The translations under genes and the position numbers were made by a program. Below the pieces are notes generated by a model. That model was not told the origin of the DNA, ran no database searches, and saw only the letters and a program-made list of their open reading frames with translations. Source: a virus (lineage: Duplodnaviria > Caudoviricetes). Taken from it: a stretch of 38,569 bases of DNA. The stretch lies in the IMG/VR virus record IMGVR_UViG_3300019872_000007, positions 1 through 38,569 of that record; one strand, 5' to 3'. This document shows, piece by piece, positions 18,113-26,126 of the stretch (the first letter of the stretch is position 1; every line of letters starts with the position of its first letter).

Positions 18113-19416
18113 GGGTAACCACCTCCAGAATATCCACCATAAACGCAATAGCCTTGAGTAGAATTAAAAAGCTGAAAATTAGGCTGCCCAATTTCTTCCA
18201 CACCTTGACGCTCTAAGACAAGCGCTTCCTGCCGACTAAAGCCTTCTCTTAAGCCCTCAACGCCGTCAAAGTCATTTCGATCTCTTAAAATCTCCATAGC
18301 TGCAATGTAGGCTAAATACTGCGCCCACTGATTGAGTATAGGAACCTGCGTAGAGTCATAAAATTGCACTGGCGTCAGATAGGTTTCAATCTCCACTTTG
18401 TGGATCAATTTTGGAATAGGCCTAATAGTGAATTCATTATTCCAAAATAGCATGCAATAGGGGCGCCCTGTTTGATATTGGGCTATCCAGATGGTAAATA
18501 GTTCCCCATTTCCTAAAGAAACGCCGCTGGGTAAAGCAAAATCGATTAGTCCTGTGACATAATCCACGGTGCCAATATTGGTTGGATTGAGTAGGCCTGG
18601 ATTTCCAGTATTGATATTATACATTCCTGGCAATGCAGGATTGGTGTTTTGAGCAGGGATAGAGATTACTGAATTTGGGATAAGGTATTGAAGATTCCCA
18701 TTACCATCATCGTTAATTGTTATGGGATTGCCACCAGTATCTACACCACCTATCACGACTTCTTTACTCAAAAATGGGGCAGGCAAAGTAAAAGAAAATG
18801 TCTGATTATTTGACGTCCAAGTTCCTCCAGAAACATAAGCAGAAAAATTGACTACATCAGTGCCAACCAAATTAAACGAATTCACTTGATTAGGCGTCAG
18901 AGTGATTTCATATGAGCTTCCATTTAATTCCGTTGTGCCAACAACACCTTCAATTGTTACTACAGCGCCACTCGGCAGCCCATGAGCAGTGGAAACCACT
19001 CTAACAGTGCCGAGTGGCGTCGTCAAACCTGTTAAGTCAACGCTAGTTATTGTGCCTGTTAATGAGTCTGTGCCTTGCTGAAATTTCGTTGGCCACCTAG
19101 GCCATAAATTAAAAAATTGAGTTCGATCCTTGAAAAATGACCCTAAAATCCCTTCCACATACAAGGGCGCTCTAATTCCTTGATTGAAATTAACGTCTAG
19201 TGGATATCTGTCCCTATAAGGTTCAGTAAAGAAGGTATATACTGAACGCATCTGATCCATTTTAATAGCATAAGGGAAGTCATTCAAAAGCGCATTGTTG
19301 AGGTACTCATCAATGGATGCTGTAGTCAAAATAGATTCGCTTGAGGAAGCAGTAAGTCGTCTGATCTTTCGACGCATGAAATCAACTGTTGAACTTCCTG
19401 GACCTACTGCTGACAT
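18109..19416 (-). CDS. Head-tail adaptor (P22 gp4 / T7 gp11 analogue) with inserted FCCH-like domain
   Basis: Helical N-terminus IDEYLN, IRPIP, helical C-terminus YLAYIAA; internal AHGLPSG...GTTELNG...YVSGG. Confidence 0.65.
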   Translation of the reverse strand: MSAVGPGSSTVDFMRRKIRRLTASSSESILTTASIDEYLNNALLNDFPYAIKMDQMRSVYTFFTEPYRDRYPLDVNFNQGIRAPLYVEGILGSFFKDRTQFFNLWPRWPTKFQQGTDSLTGTITSVDLTGLTTPLGTVRVVSTAHGLPSGAVVTIEGVVGTTELNGSSYEITLTPNQVNSFNLVGTDVVNFSAYVSGGTWTSNNQTFSFTLPAPFLSKEVVIGGVDTGGNPITINDDGNGNLQYLIPNSVISIPAQNTNPALPGMYNINTGNPGLLNPTNIGTVDYVTGLIDFALPSGVSLGNGELFTIWIAQYQTGRPYCMLFWNNEFTIRPIPKLIHKVEIETYLTPVQFYDSTQVPILNQWAQYLAYIAAMEILRDRNDFDGVEGLREGFSRQEALVLERQGVEEIGQPNFQLFNSTQGYCVYGGYSGGGYP

Positions 19417-19425
19417 AAATACCTC

Positions 19426-19845
19426 TTAAAATGATACGGGTAAAAACCTGTGGATCCAATCCCCATCCATATCTTTATCTAATGGTGACCCGTCGGATTT
19501 TACCTTTTCCCCGTCTACTTCTATAAGCCCGCTACGTTTTGGCATTTTCACTGCATTAACTTCTTTAACCAATCCATAAGGCACATCATATGTTCTTCCA
19601 GGAATGAAGCTAAAGATTAATATTGGCTCTCCAGCATATCTACAATATGGTTTAATTAGACGTTCATGCCTTCCAGTACGGTTGATATATTCCGCTTTAA
19701 CAATGCGTCCATCTTCTTTTTTCTCTTTCTCAATTTTCGCTTTATTTGTTGGTGTCATTGCCTTGAAATCATCGAAAGGAACGGAATTGGTCAATGTATT
19801 GATCAGCCCGTGTAATTCACCGCTTGCCGTAGATTGTAAAATCAT
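19426..19845 (-). CDS. Conserved-looking hypothetical protein (head module)
   Basis: 139 aa; TAATG coupling. Confidence 0.7.
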   Translation of the reverse strand: MILQSTASGELHGLINTLTNSVPFDDFKAMTPTNKAKIEKEKKEDGRIVKAEYINRTGRHERLIKPYCRYAGEPILIFSFIPGRTYDVPYGLVKEVNAVKMPKRSGLIEVDGEKVKSDGSPLDKDMDGDWIHRFLPVSF

Positions 19846-20246
19846 TAGTTACCTATATTATTGAGGCTCTGAAAAGGCACCTGAGCCATGTCATTGTTTA
19901 AAGTTAAGTTTCTAGATCCGTTCGGTGCAATTGTTGCAACCTGATAATTTTTTCCTGTAGGGACTGTAAAGACATCAAATTTAGATGTATTTAAATCTAG
20001 AGCCAGATCATTGCCATTAACGGCAAGGATTAAAGGCGTTAGGCCATCAGCTTGAAACATTCCATAAGTTATGGGCACATTCAACTTGATTGCTTGCCCT
20101 GGGATGTAAGTGTTAGCTTCTGTAACCGCATTAACAGATACCGTTGCTATTGCGGGATATCCATTCGTCAAAGCTACCAACGTTAGAGAGCTTGGTATGG
20201 CTATAACCCCTGGCAAATATGTATTCGCATTATTTGGTATTGTCAT
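19845..20246 (-). CDS. FCCH-like domain virion protein (start ATG 20246)
   Basis: LTNGYPAIAT...GQAIKL...YGM...DLNTSKFDVF resembles the domains in 20921..21946. Confidence 0.65.
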   Translation of the reverse strand: MTIPNNANTYLPGVIAIPSSLTLVALTNGYPAIATVSVNAVTEANTYIPGQAIKLNVPITYGMFQADGLTPLILAVNGNDLALDLNTSKFDVFTVPTGKNYQVATIAPNGSRNLTLNNDMAQVPFQSLNNIGN

Positions 20247-20256
20247 CTTTCCCTTC

Positions 20257-20295
20257 AAAAAGCCGGCTACCCAATTGGATGTGATCGGGTAGCCG
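20257..20295 (-). terminator. Rho-independent terminator after the capsid module
   Basis: CGGCTACCCGAT-loop-ATTGGGTAGCCG followed by GCTTTTT. Confidence 0.75.
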
Positions 20296-20314
20296 TCAAC
20301 CTACGACGGTTAGT

Positions 20315-20857
20315 TTATATACTTATGTCCAGAAGCTTTCCGTGGGTATGTCTATGACACGTCTTACATAGCCAAATGATTTCAAGTCGCTTCTCATAGT
20401 CTTCATGATGGGCTTCAGGCTTACATTCTTTACAACACTTCTCACACAGAGAAGGTCTAATTAATTTCCCTCTAGAAATTTGTTTATAAACATAATTTCT
20501 AGCTAATTCTTTTGGTCTATCCTGAAGCCTTCTCGCCTTCTCTGTTTCTGCAAATCTTTCTGGATTATTTTTTCTCCAGTTTTTTACAGATTCATTGTTG
20601 ACTTTTCTTCGCTCAGGTGTTCGACGCCTTTCATTTATTTTATCCTTATTTTTTTCTAAGGATCTCCTGGTCTGTTCTTTTACTTTTTCAGGATTCCTTT
20701 CCCTCCAGGAAGAAACGAGAAGTCTTCGTTTCTCTTTCCCTTCTGGTGTTTGATTCCTTCTCTTGCAATATGCCTTCCAACACTCCTTACAGTCATCATG
20801 ATTTTTGTAAAAATCTGAGACTTCTTTATTGCTTTCACACACCTTGCATTTTTTCAT
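20315..20857 (-). CDS. Zinc-finger HNH endonuclease (start ATG 20857)
   Basis: KCKVC...FY...CKEC N-terminus; CEKC...AHHEDY...WLCKTCH. Confidence 0.8.
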   Translation of the reverse strand: MKKCKVCESNKEVSDFYKNHDDCKECWKAYCKRRNQTPEGKEKRRLLVSSWRERNPEKVKEQTRRSLEKNKDKINERRRTPERRKVNNESVKNWRKNNPERFAETEKARRLQDRPKELARNYVYKQISRGKLIRPSLCEKCCKECKPEAHHEDYEKRLEIIWLCKTCHRHTHGKLLDISI

Positions 20858-20858
20858 A

Positions 20859-20910
20859 ATGGTATCCTCCGTTTTATTAGAGAATACCATATTGCTATTT
20901 CACTGAAAAC
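20859..20910 (-). promoter_or_regulatory. RBS-sequestering hairpin with overlapping extended -10
   Basis: ATGGTATTCTCT-N8-GGAGGATACCAT; TG-G-TATTCT lies in the 5' arm. Confidence 0.65.
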
Positions 20911-20920
20911 TAATTAGTTT

Positions 20921-21946
20921 TCAATTCTCCATTTTATATGCCATCCAATTAATAGTATCCAATGCTGCACCACCAGGAGATTGTGCGCCTCCTGCCAAGA
21001 ACATAAAGGGCGTAAATTGGCCTGTATGAAAAGCTTGATACTGAAAATTATACCCAGTCTCAACAAACGTATTAGGATCTCTCTTCGTGGCTGCACCAGC
21101 AGGAGCCAAAGTAGCGAATAAAGCCGCTGTTGGTGATAGTGTTGTCAAAGGGAAAGCAAACGTTGTAAAGGCCGTGCTATCAATATCTACAGTTAGTGTA
21201 TAGTTTGTAGCACTAACAGCAACGATTGTTCCAGTAAGCTGATTCATTTCATACATGCCAAAAGAATAAGGAATGCTGAAATGTATCTTCATGCCCACGA
21301 CATAATAAAGCGTTGGATCTACTGAAGTCCTTACAACTGCTTGGGTTGCCTTGGTAATTTCTGTGATATACAAGAATTGTGGATCAACTGCTGCATATTT
21401 AGAAATACGCCTTGTAAAACCTGCTGTTCCTGGTGCTAGGCCAGCGGCTCTCAGGCCAATCAATGTATAACCTGAACCTGAAACGGTAGAAATTTGGAAG
21501 TTCATCCCTGCAATCTGCAACATTCCTGTAGTCCCATAAAACTGTAAGATATCGCCTTCGCTATATGTTTGAGTTTGTGTAACTACCGCCGGACTCGCTG
21601 CCGTAATTGCTGTAATCGCATTAGCTGCTTGTGGCTCAACAACCGGCGCCACTTCAACATAAGTGAAACCGTTAGATGCTGTAGTCGTTGAAAATGTATC
21701 GATATTTACAGCATTTGTGGATAAAGTCTTTTTCCATCTTAATCCATCATTTGCAGCAGTTGCGCCAGCGCCAAATTTCCTGCCAAACCACTCCCCACCA
21801 ATAACCACACCGGGGTTAGGCGCTAAAGGCATCTGTGTAATGTTCCATGTACGGAAATAATCTGTTGAGCTTGGTACTAAAATCTTTTGCCCGACAGCTG
21901 TTGCGCCTTGGGTAAAAGATCCGCCTGTAATAATTGTAAACGCCAT
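20921..21946 (-). CDS. Capsid-associated protein with two E1-FCCH-like domains
   Basis: ITAITAASPAVVT...GM and ITEITKATQAVV...GMYEMN...IDSTAFTTF; directly after the capsid gene; AGGAGG RBS. Confidence 0.7.
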   Translation of the reverse strand: MAFTIITGGSFTQGATAVGQKILVPSSTDYFRTWNITQMPLAPNPGVVIGGEWFGRKFGAGATAANDGLRWKKTLSTNAVNIDTFSTTTASNGFTYVEVAPVVEPQAANAITAITAASPAVVTQTQTYSEGDILQFYGTTGMLQIAGMNFQISTVSGSGYTLIGLRAAGLAPGTAGFTRRISKYAAVDPQFLYITEITKATQAVVRTSVDPTLYYVVGMKIHFSIPYSFGMYEMNQLTGTIVAVSATNYTLTVDIDSTAFTTFAFPLTTLSPTAALFATLAPAGAATKRDPNTFVETGYNFQYQAFHTGQFTPFMFLAGGAQSPGGAALDTINWMAYKMEN

Positions 21947-21958
21947 TCATGCCTCCTA

Positions 21959-22927
21959 TTAGCTTGGGGTAGTTGTAGTGCAGTTTAGGCCAGATATCCA
22001 GTTTTGGTTAGTGATTGCTCTCGCAATCGCAAACTTAGCATATAACTGGCTGTTCTGCGCTACAGATGAAACTACCCAAGGTGGTCTATAGCCGATAACA
22101 GCTGTATAGTTATTCTGTTCGATCTTAGCCGCTGCTTCTAGACCGTACATAGGAACGGTATAGACCGTACGCCCAAGCATAGAAATCCCCGGTGTCTTTG
22201 CAGCTTTTGATGACACGAAGAATCGGAATCGTGAGATCGAGCAATACTCTTCAGGGCGCAAACCTTCCTGAGACGGGTAAGCATTCTTGAGCAATACGCC
22301 CTGAACTTTCTGAAGATCGTTCGTCAAATTAGTATTTGCCAAAGCTATGAAGGCGTCTCGGGTTGGGCCTGTTGAAAACTTATCCATCGCATCTATGCTT
22401 ACAAGCATTGTGCGAGCATCATTACCAAGCAAAATGGTTTCAATATTGTTAATATCATTGAGACTTAAGTTGCTAGGCTGATCCCCGTTACCACCACCAG
22501 TTGCATTGATGTAAGATACGCTTGAGGCGAAAAGATCACGCATTAGCAGGTCTTCTTTTTCACGAAGCCATTGACCAAGCAATGCAGTGAACTTTGTTAG
22601 CGTCTTACTATTTTCATAGAGGACAACTTGTTCATTGGTAATTATTGACTTTGCATAGATCTCCATCGTCGCATCGATATCTGTGCGTTGTGGCACTTCA
22701 GAAGCTGGATCAACGCCTGAACCATCAAGTTGGCCACCATCCGTAGATAGGCGCTCAAATCGAGACATACGTGTAGTCTTGCCGATATAGGCTTCTGCAT
22801 GGTGTAAATCTACACCGAAGCTATGAATCAAATTAAACATTGGCGTGCTGAGCAAGTCTTCCGCAGCTTGCACGGGCAGCTCAGGCGCAAAGTTATTTAT
22901 ATTGGTGATCCCTGTGGGGAATGACAT
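21959..22927 (-). CDS. Major capsid protein, N4-gp56-like (start ATG 22927)
   Basis: GKTTRMSRFERL, TDIDATMEIY, EDLLMRD, YPSQ...EEYCS..RFRF; GAGGTG RBS; synteny. Confidence 0.85.
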   Translation of the reverse strand: MSFPTGITNINNFAPELPVQAAEDLLSTPMFNLIHSFGVDLHHAEAYIGKTTRMSRFERLSTDGGQLDGSGVDPASEVPQRTDIDATMEIYAKSIITNEQVVLYENSKTLTKFTALLGQWLREKEDLLMRDLFASSVSYINATGGGNGDQPSNLSLNDINNIETILLGNDARTMLVSIDAMDKFSTGPTRDAFIALANTNLTNDLQKVQGVLLKNAYPSQEGLRPEEYCSISRFRFFVSSKAAKTPGISMLGRTVYTVPMYGLEAAAKIEQNNYTAVIGYRPPWVVSSVAQNSQLYAKFAIARAITNQNWISGLNCTTTTPS

Positions 22928-22931
22928 GTTT

Positions 22932-23040
22932 GCACCTCGCAAAACAGGTTGATATGTATCCTAGCGGCGAACTAGTAATATCTGCCTGCACTGGCGAGGT
23001 GCGATTCAGCCTGGGCTAGCGAAGCCCCGATCAGCTGAGT
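22932..23040 (-). promoter_or_regulatory. Structured 5' leader of the capsid mRNA
   Basis: Three hairpins with YTCGCYR loops; 9-nt anti-SD. Confidence 0.65.
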
Positions 23041-23062
23041 CTATGTATAGCGATTTAACTTT

Positions 23063-23320
23063 TTATTGTAAAGAATTTTTTCGATCTTGCCTAATTTGTT
23101 CAAGTTTTATCTTATATACATTTTTCAGCACATCCTCTAGAAAATTATTTCGATTTTCAATTTGCCTCTTCTCATGCTTCGTGTCTTGCCAATAATCTGC
23201 ATACATTTCTTCATTACATTTATGTATCGACATGCAAGATTTTTGATGCTGATCATGGGAATACCAAAATACATTTGATAATATAACTATAACTAATAGA
23301 AAATATTCTAATATGGTCAT
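23063..23320 (-). CDS. Small membrane-anchored coiled-coil protein
   Basis: N-terminal TM segment; GAGGAG RBS; ATGA overlap. Confidence 0.65.
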   Translation of the reverse strand: MTILEYFLLVIVILSNVFWYSHDQHQKSCMSIHKCNEEMYADYWQDTKHEKRQIENRNNFLEDVLKNVYKIKLEQIRQDRKNSLQ

Positions 23321-23553
23321 TTTTTATTAATCTCCTCAATAGCACATAGCCTTCCATGAAAGGCTTTAATTTCTTCATGAATAGTTTGATGTAATAGATC
23401 ACTGCGAGCATTCGCAGCATCAATTCTATGAGAATTAGATATAATCATAGCAATTAGAAGGCTAGCAATAGCTAGATTCAACGCCATAATGGCGAATGTA
23501 TCAGCATGTGATTTGAAAAAGTCTTGTTTATGCGAATGATGCTTTTTTGACAT
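23317..23553 (-). CDS. Small membrane protein with C-terminal FHGRLCAIEE coiled coil
   Basis: TM segment FAIMALNLAIASLLIAMII; AGGAGG RBS. Confidence 0.8.
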   Translation of the reverse strand: MSKKHHSHKQDFFKSHADTFAIMALNLAIASLLIAMIISNSHRIDAANARSDLLHQTIHEEIKAFHGRLCAIEEINKK

Positions 23554-23579
23554 GTCAACCTCCTGTTGTTGTCCGATTT

Positions 23580-23634
23580 GAAAAGTATGCCAGGTAAGCG
23601 GAATCTTACTTTTCGGGTGCGCGCCCTAGGCATA
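23580..23634 (-). promoter_or_regulatory. Structured leader (three-way junction with an alternative fold)
   Basis: TATGCC/GGCATA encloses GGG.GCGC.CCC and GTAAG/CTTAC; alternative GAAAAGTA/TACTTTTC. Confidence 0.5.
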
Positions 23635-23639
23635 ACAAT

Positions 23640-23668
23640 ATTGTAAACTATTGATCGATTATTTACAA
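23640..23668 (-). promoter_or_regulatory. Sigma70-type promoter
   Basis: TTGTAA-17-TACAAT; TTGTAAA/TTTACAA inverted repeat. Confidence 0.7.
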
Positions 23669-23687
23669 GACGCAGACTTTAATTGAG

Positions 23688-24401
23688 TTAACCAGTAGTA
23701 CTTCTAATAAGCTTTTGCATTCTATCCCAGTTAGCGGCCTTCCTTGCTTCATCTAATTTATAGGATGGGATGGATGCAGATCCTTGAGCGTTCCCCATAG
23801 CAGAAAGAGAGCCCGGCTTATTCAGATTTTTATCCGCTTTTAGGGATTCTCCCTTAGAGTCTGTATTAGGAACGAACTTTTTAACCGCTTTATAAATGGA
23901 GGACCATTTTTCAAATCCATCAGGCATATGCTTAAAGGGTGTTGCCAATTCGGGATAATGATATTCCAGGTAATCAAGATTTTCACTCGAACACACCTTG
24001 TTAAAGTCGGAATAAATTGTACGTAACTTTTCAGGATATTCGGCTTGCTCTTTTTGAGCTCTTTCCTTTTCATATATAGATTCACGTTCAGCAATAATCT
24101 CTCTGACACGTTTTTCAATGCGCGCATCTTCACTTTCTTCTTGCTGCTCATATTGCTGGGTTTGCTGTATCGGCTTGTTTGTGATAGCTTCTAGAGCCGC
24201 TCGCAAGGCTGCTGCTTCTTCCGCCTTCTGTTGAACCATCTTATCAGCTTCAAATCTAGCTTTTCTTTCGGCCTCTCTTTGGTCTCTAAATGCTTTCCAG
24301 TTAGCTTGATTCTCTTCAGTTTTAATTATGGGTTGCGCTTCAGCTTGGGTCACAGGTTGTATTTGATTTTGCTCTGTGCTAACATTATTTTCATCACTCA
24401 T
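23688..24401 (-). CDS. Putative capsid scaffolding protein
   Basis: Charged coiled coil, low-complexity linker, C-terminal helix; lies between portal and capsid genes. Confidence 0.7.
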   Translation of the reverse strand: MSDENNVSTEQNQIQPVTQAEAQPIIKTEENQANWKAFRDQREAERKARFEADKMVQQKAEEAAALRAALEAITNKPIQQTQQYEQQEESEDARIEKRVREIIAERESIYEKERAQKEQAEYPEKLRTIYSDFNKVCSSENLDYLEYHYPELATPFKHMPDGFEKWSSIYKAVKKFVPNTDSKGESLKADKNLNKPGSLSAMGNAQGSASIPSYKLDEARKAANWDRMQKLIRSTTG

Positions 24402-24415
24402 GGAGACTCCTTTTT

Positions 24416-24691
24416 ATGGCTAATACTATTCCTAAAACGACTGTCCGTAAGATAAACAAGAAACTAGTTGAAAGTCTAGAGAATTATCAAAAAATGATAG
24501 GATATATGGCCGGAGATTTGCCTCTGCAATGCCTATGCCTTCCTAAAAAGTGTGAGAGGGCATTAATCGATGCAGGCTTCTTGCGGGTCTATGAACTGTT
24601 TGACTTGAATCTTATCGAAATCGAAGGGATCGATATCGTCGGGGCTAGGCAATTGACCGCCTGCTTGAATCAATTCATCTCGATGCGCTAG
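24416..24691 (+). CDS. RNA polymerase alpha-CTD-like (HhH) protein
   Basis: DLPLQCLCLPKKCERALIDAGFLRVYEL...IEGID resembles the alpha-CTD pattern I-x-x-L-x-L...L-x-x-AG-I-x-x-V-x-D-L. Confidence 0.65.
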   Translation: MANTIPKTTVRKINKKLVESLENYQKMIGYMAGDLPLQCLCLPKKCERALIDAGFLRVYELFDLNLIEIEGIDIVGARQLTACLNQFISMR

Positions 24692-25204
24692 AAAATATTC
24701 ATGTTCTGAAGGCATATCGATTTTCTGATCTTCTCTAATGAACTTCCAGAAGTAAAAAGGATCAGAGTTGAAAAACTTTCCATTAATAAGCCTCCACCCC
24801 TTATAAAAAGCGTCGGACCATGCTTTCATGGTTGCGTATCGTTTATCTACAACAGAGAGACTGTGTAGCTCTGCCATTACCACATCTGATGGCAATACCC
24901 ATAGGCGATGGGTTATTCTGTCTAAACTCTTATTATAGAGAAACACAGCCTGATTAGGCCGAGGCTTTGGAAGGTATGGCCAAGCATAGAACTTTCGCCG
25001 CTGAAGATTAGATATCAAAGGATCTTTAGAGATCAACATGATTACGCAAAACTCATTCTCATCAATGATATTGACATGATTCTCAATGCATTTAAGCAAA
25101 TGAGGCTTGATATCATCGGCAAGAGCATGACCAACTTCTAGAGCGCTGTATTTCGTTGTGTCAGATAGGGCTTTATGTGATAGCTGGCCTGCTGTTTGTC
25201 TCAT
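24563..25204 (-). CDS. Conserved-looking hypothetical protein
   Basis: 213 aa, globular; LPKPRPNQAVF, LWVLP. Confidence 0.8.
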   Translation of the reverse strand: MRQTAGQLSHKALSDTTKYSALEVGHALADDIKPHLLKCIENHVNIIDENEFCVIMLISKDPLISNLQRRKFYAWPYLPKPRPNQAVFLYNKSLDRITHRLWVLPSDVVMAELHSLSVVDKRYATMKAWSDAFYKGWRLINGKFFNSDPFYFWKFIREDQKIDMPSEHEYFLAHRDELIQAGGQLPSPDDIDPFDFDKIQVKQFIDPQEACID

Positions 25205-25362
25205 AATCCGTTATGCCTATTCAGAGAAAATGAAATAAGATCTAAAATATCATCTGAAGAAAACTTCATTCCCTCGAGCATAGGAAATTTATGTTTATAT
25301 ATTTCTTCTAGTCTAAATCTTGTCATGATTTTAAAAATTTCTATTAAATCATATTTATTCAT
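25201..25362 (-). CDS. Hypothetical 53-aa protein, absent from the ORF track
   Basis: MNKYDLIEIFK...NGL; TAATG and ATGA coupling at both ends; GGAG RBS. Confidence 0.55.
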   Translation of the reverse strand: MNKYDLIEIFKIMTRFRLEEIYKHKFPMLEGMKFSSDDILDLISFSLNRHNGL

Positions 25363-25709
25363 TAAACATAACTCTCCAACTCATGCTGCATTTCTTTTGC
25401 ATATTTTAAGATGGTCCGTAACGTCATTGAAAAATTGAATACCTTTTTTTTCTTCAAGCAGTAAAAAAGAGTTAGATCTTTTAAAAAATTTAAGCTTTTT
25501 TCATCGATGGTGCATGATAGTTGCGGTGTAATTCTTTTTTGTTTAGTTCTTTTTTTTAAAATATCCCGGTCTTTTTGTTTTTGTTTTTGTTTAACAATTT
25601 CTTTATTCGCATGGTAATATTTTAACGACGCAGCTATTTTGACCTGTCTATTATTAATATATCTTATTCTGTCTTTTTCTTTTTTAGTTAATTCTAATGT
25701 TTCATTCAT
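25362..25709 (-). CDS. Basic protein with C-terminal RHH-like segment
   Basis: K/R-rich helix, then QLSCTIDEKSLNFL...FSMTLRTIL. Confidence 0.55.
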   Translation of the reverse strand: MNETLELTKKEKDRIRYINNRQVKIAASLKYYHANKEIVKQKQKQKDRDILKKRTKQKRITPQLSCTIDEKSLNFLKDLTLFYCLKKKKVFNFSMTLRTILKYAKEMQHELESYV

Positions 25710-25798
25710 TATTCTAAACACCACTTTTTAAACGCTTCAAGCAACGCGTTATAGTCTTTATCTTTATGATATTTTTCAATAATCTCTTTTAAGCTCAT
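25709..25798 (-). CDS. 29-aa coupled peptide
   Basis: MSLKEIIEKYHKDKDYNALLEAFKKWCLE; TGATG and TAATG overlaps. Confidence 0.4.
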   Translation of the reverse strand: MSLKEIIEKYHKDKDYNALLEAFKKWCLE

Positions 25799-26016
25799 CA
25801 ATGGTCACACTCGTTTATCATTTTATGGGGTTGTGGCCTTACTCTTCCATTTCCAGCAAGAAAAGCACCCTTCGGATTGTCTTCATATTTCGGGAATACT
25901 GAACTACCAACATCTTTTACCCAATGCTCTTGAGGATTAGCTTCACCCCATCCTTTAGGAATCACGTCGGCATCTTTATTCTTGGCATAATCTGGGGCAT
26001 GATGCTTCTTTTTCAT
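25798..26016 (-). CDS. Small basic hypothetical protein
   Basis: 72 aa; GAGGT RBS. Confidence 0.7.
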   Translation of the reverse strand: MKKKHHAPDYAKNKDADVIPKGWGEANPQEHWVKDVGSSVFPKYEDNPKGAFLAGNGRVRPQPHKMINECDH

Positions 26017-26035
26017 ATAACCTCTGTGTAAAAAG

Positions 26036-26123
26036 GTATAAGCTGAAGATGATATTTTTATAAATTACAAGACCCTCGGCATCGTGAGAGCTTTAATTTG
26101 AAATATTTCTCTACAGCTTATAC
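26036..26123. other. Long imperfect hairpin
   Basis: GTATAAGCTG/CAGCTTATAC with nested ATATTT/AAATAT and AAATTA/TAATTT. Confidence 0.65.
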
Positions 26124-26126
26124 AAA

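Noticed and set aside
23043-23072. Capsid promoter TTTACA-17-TATACA and a shared late-promoter motif
   Set aside because: The -10 lacks the conserved final T, and similar motifs before other late genes were too loose to call
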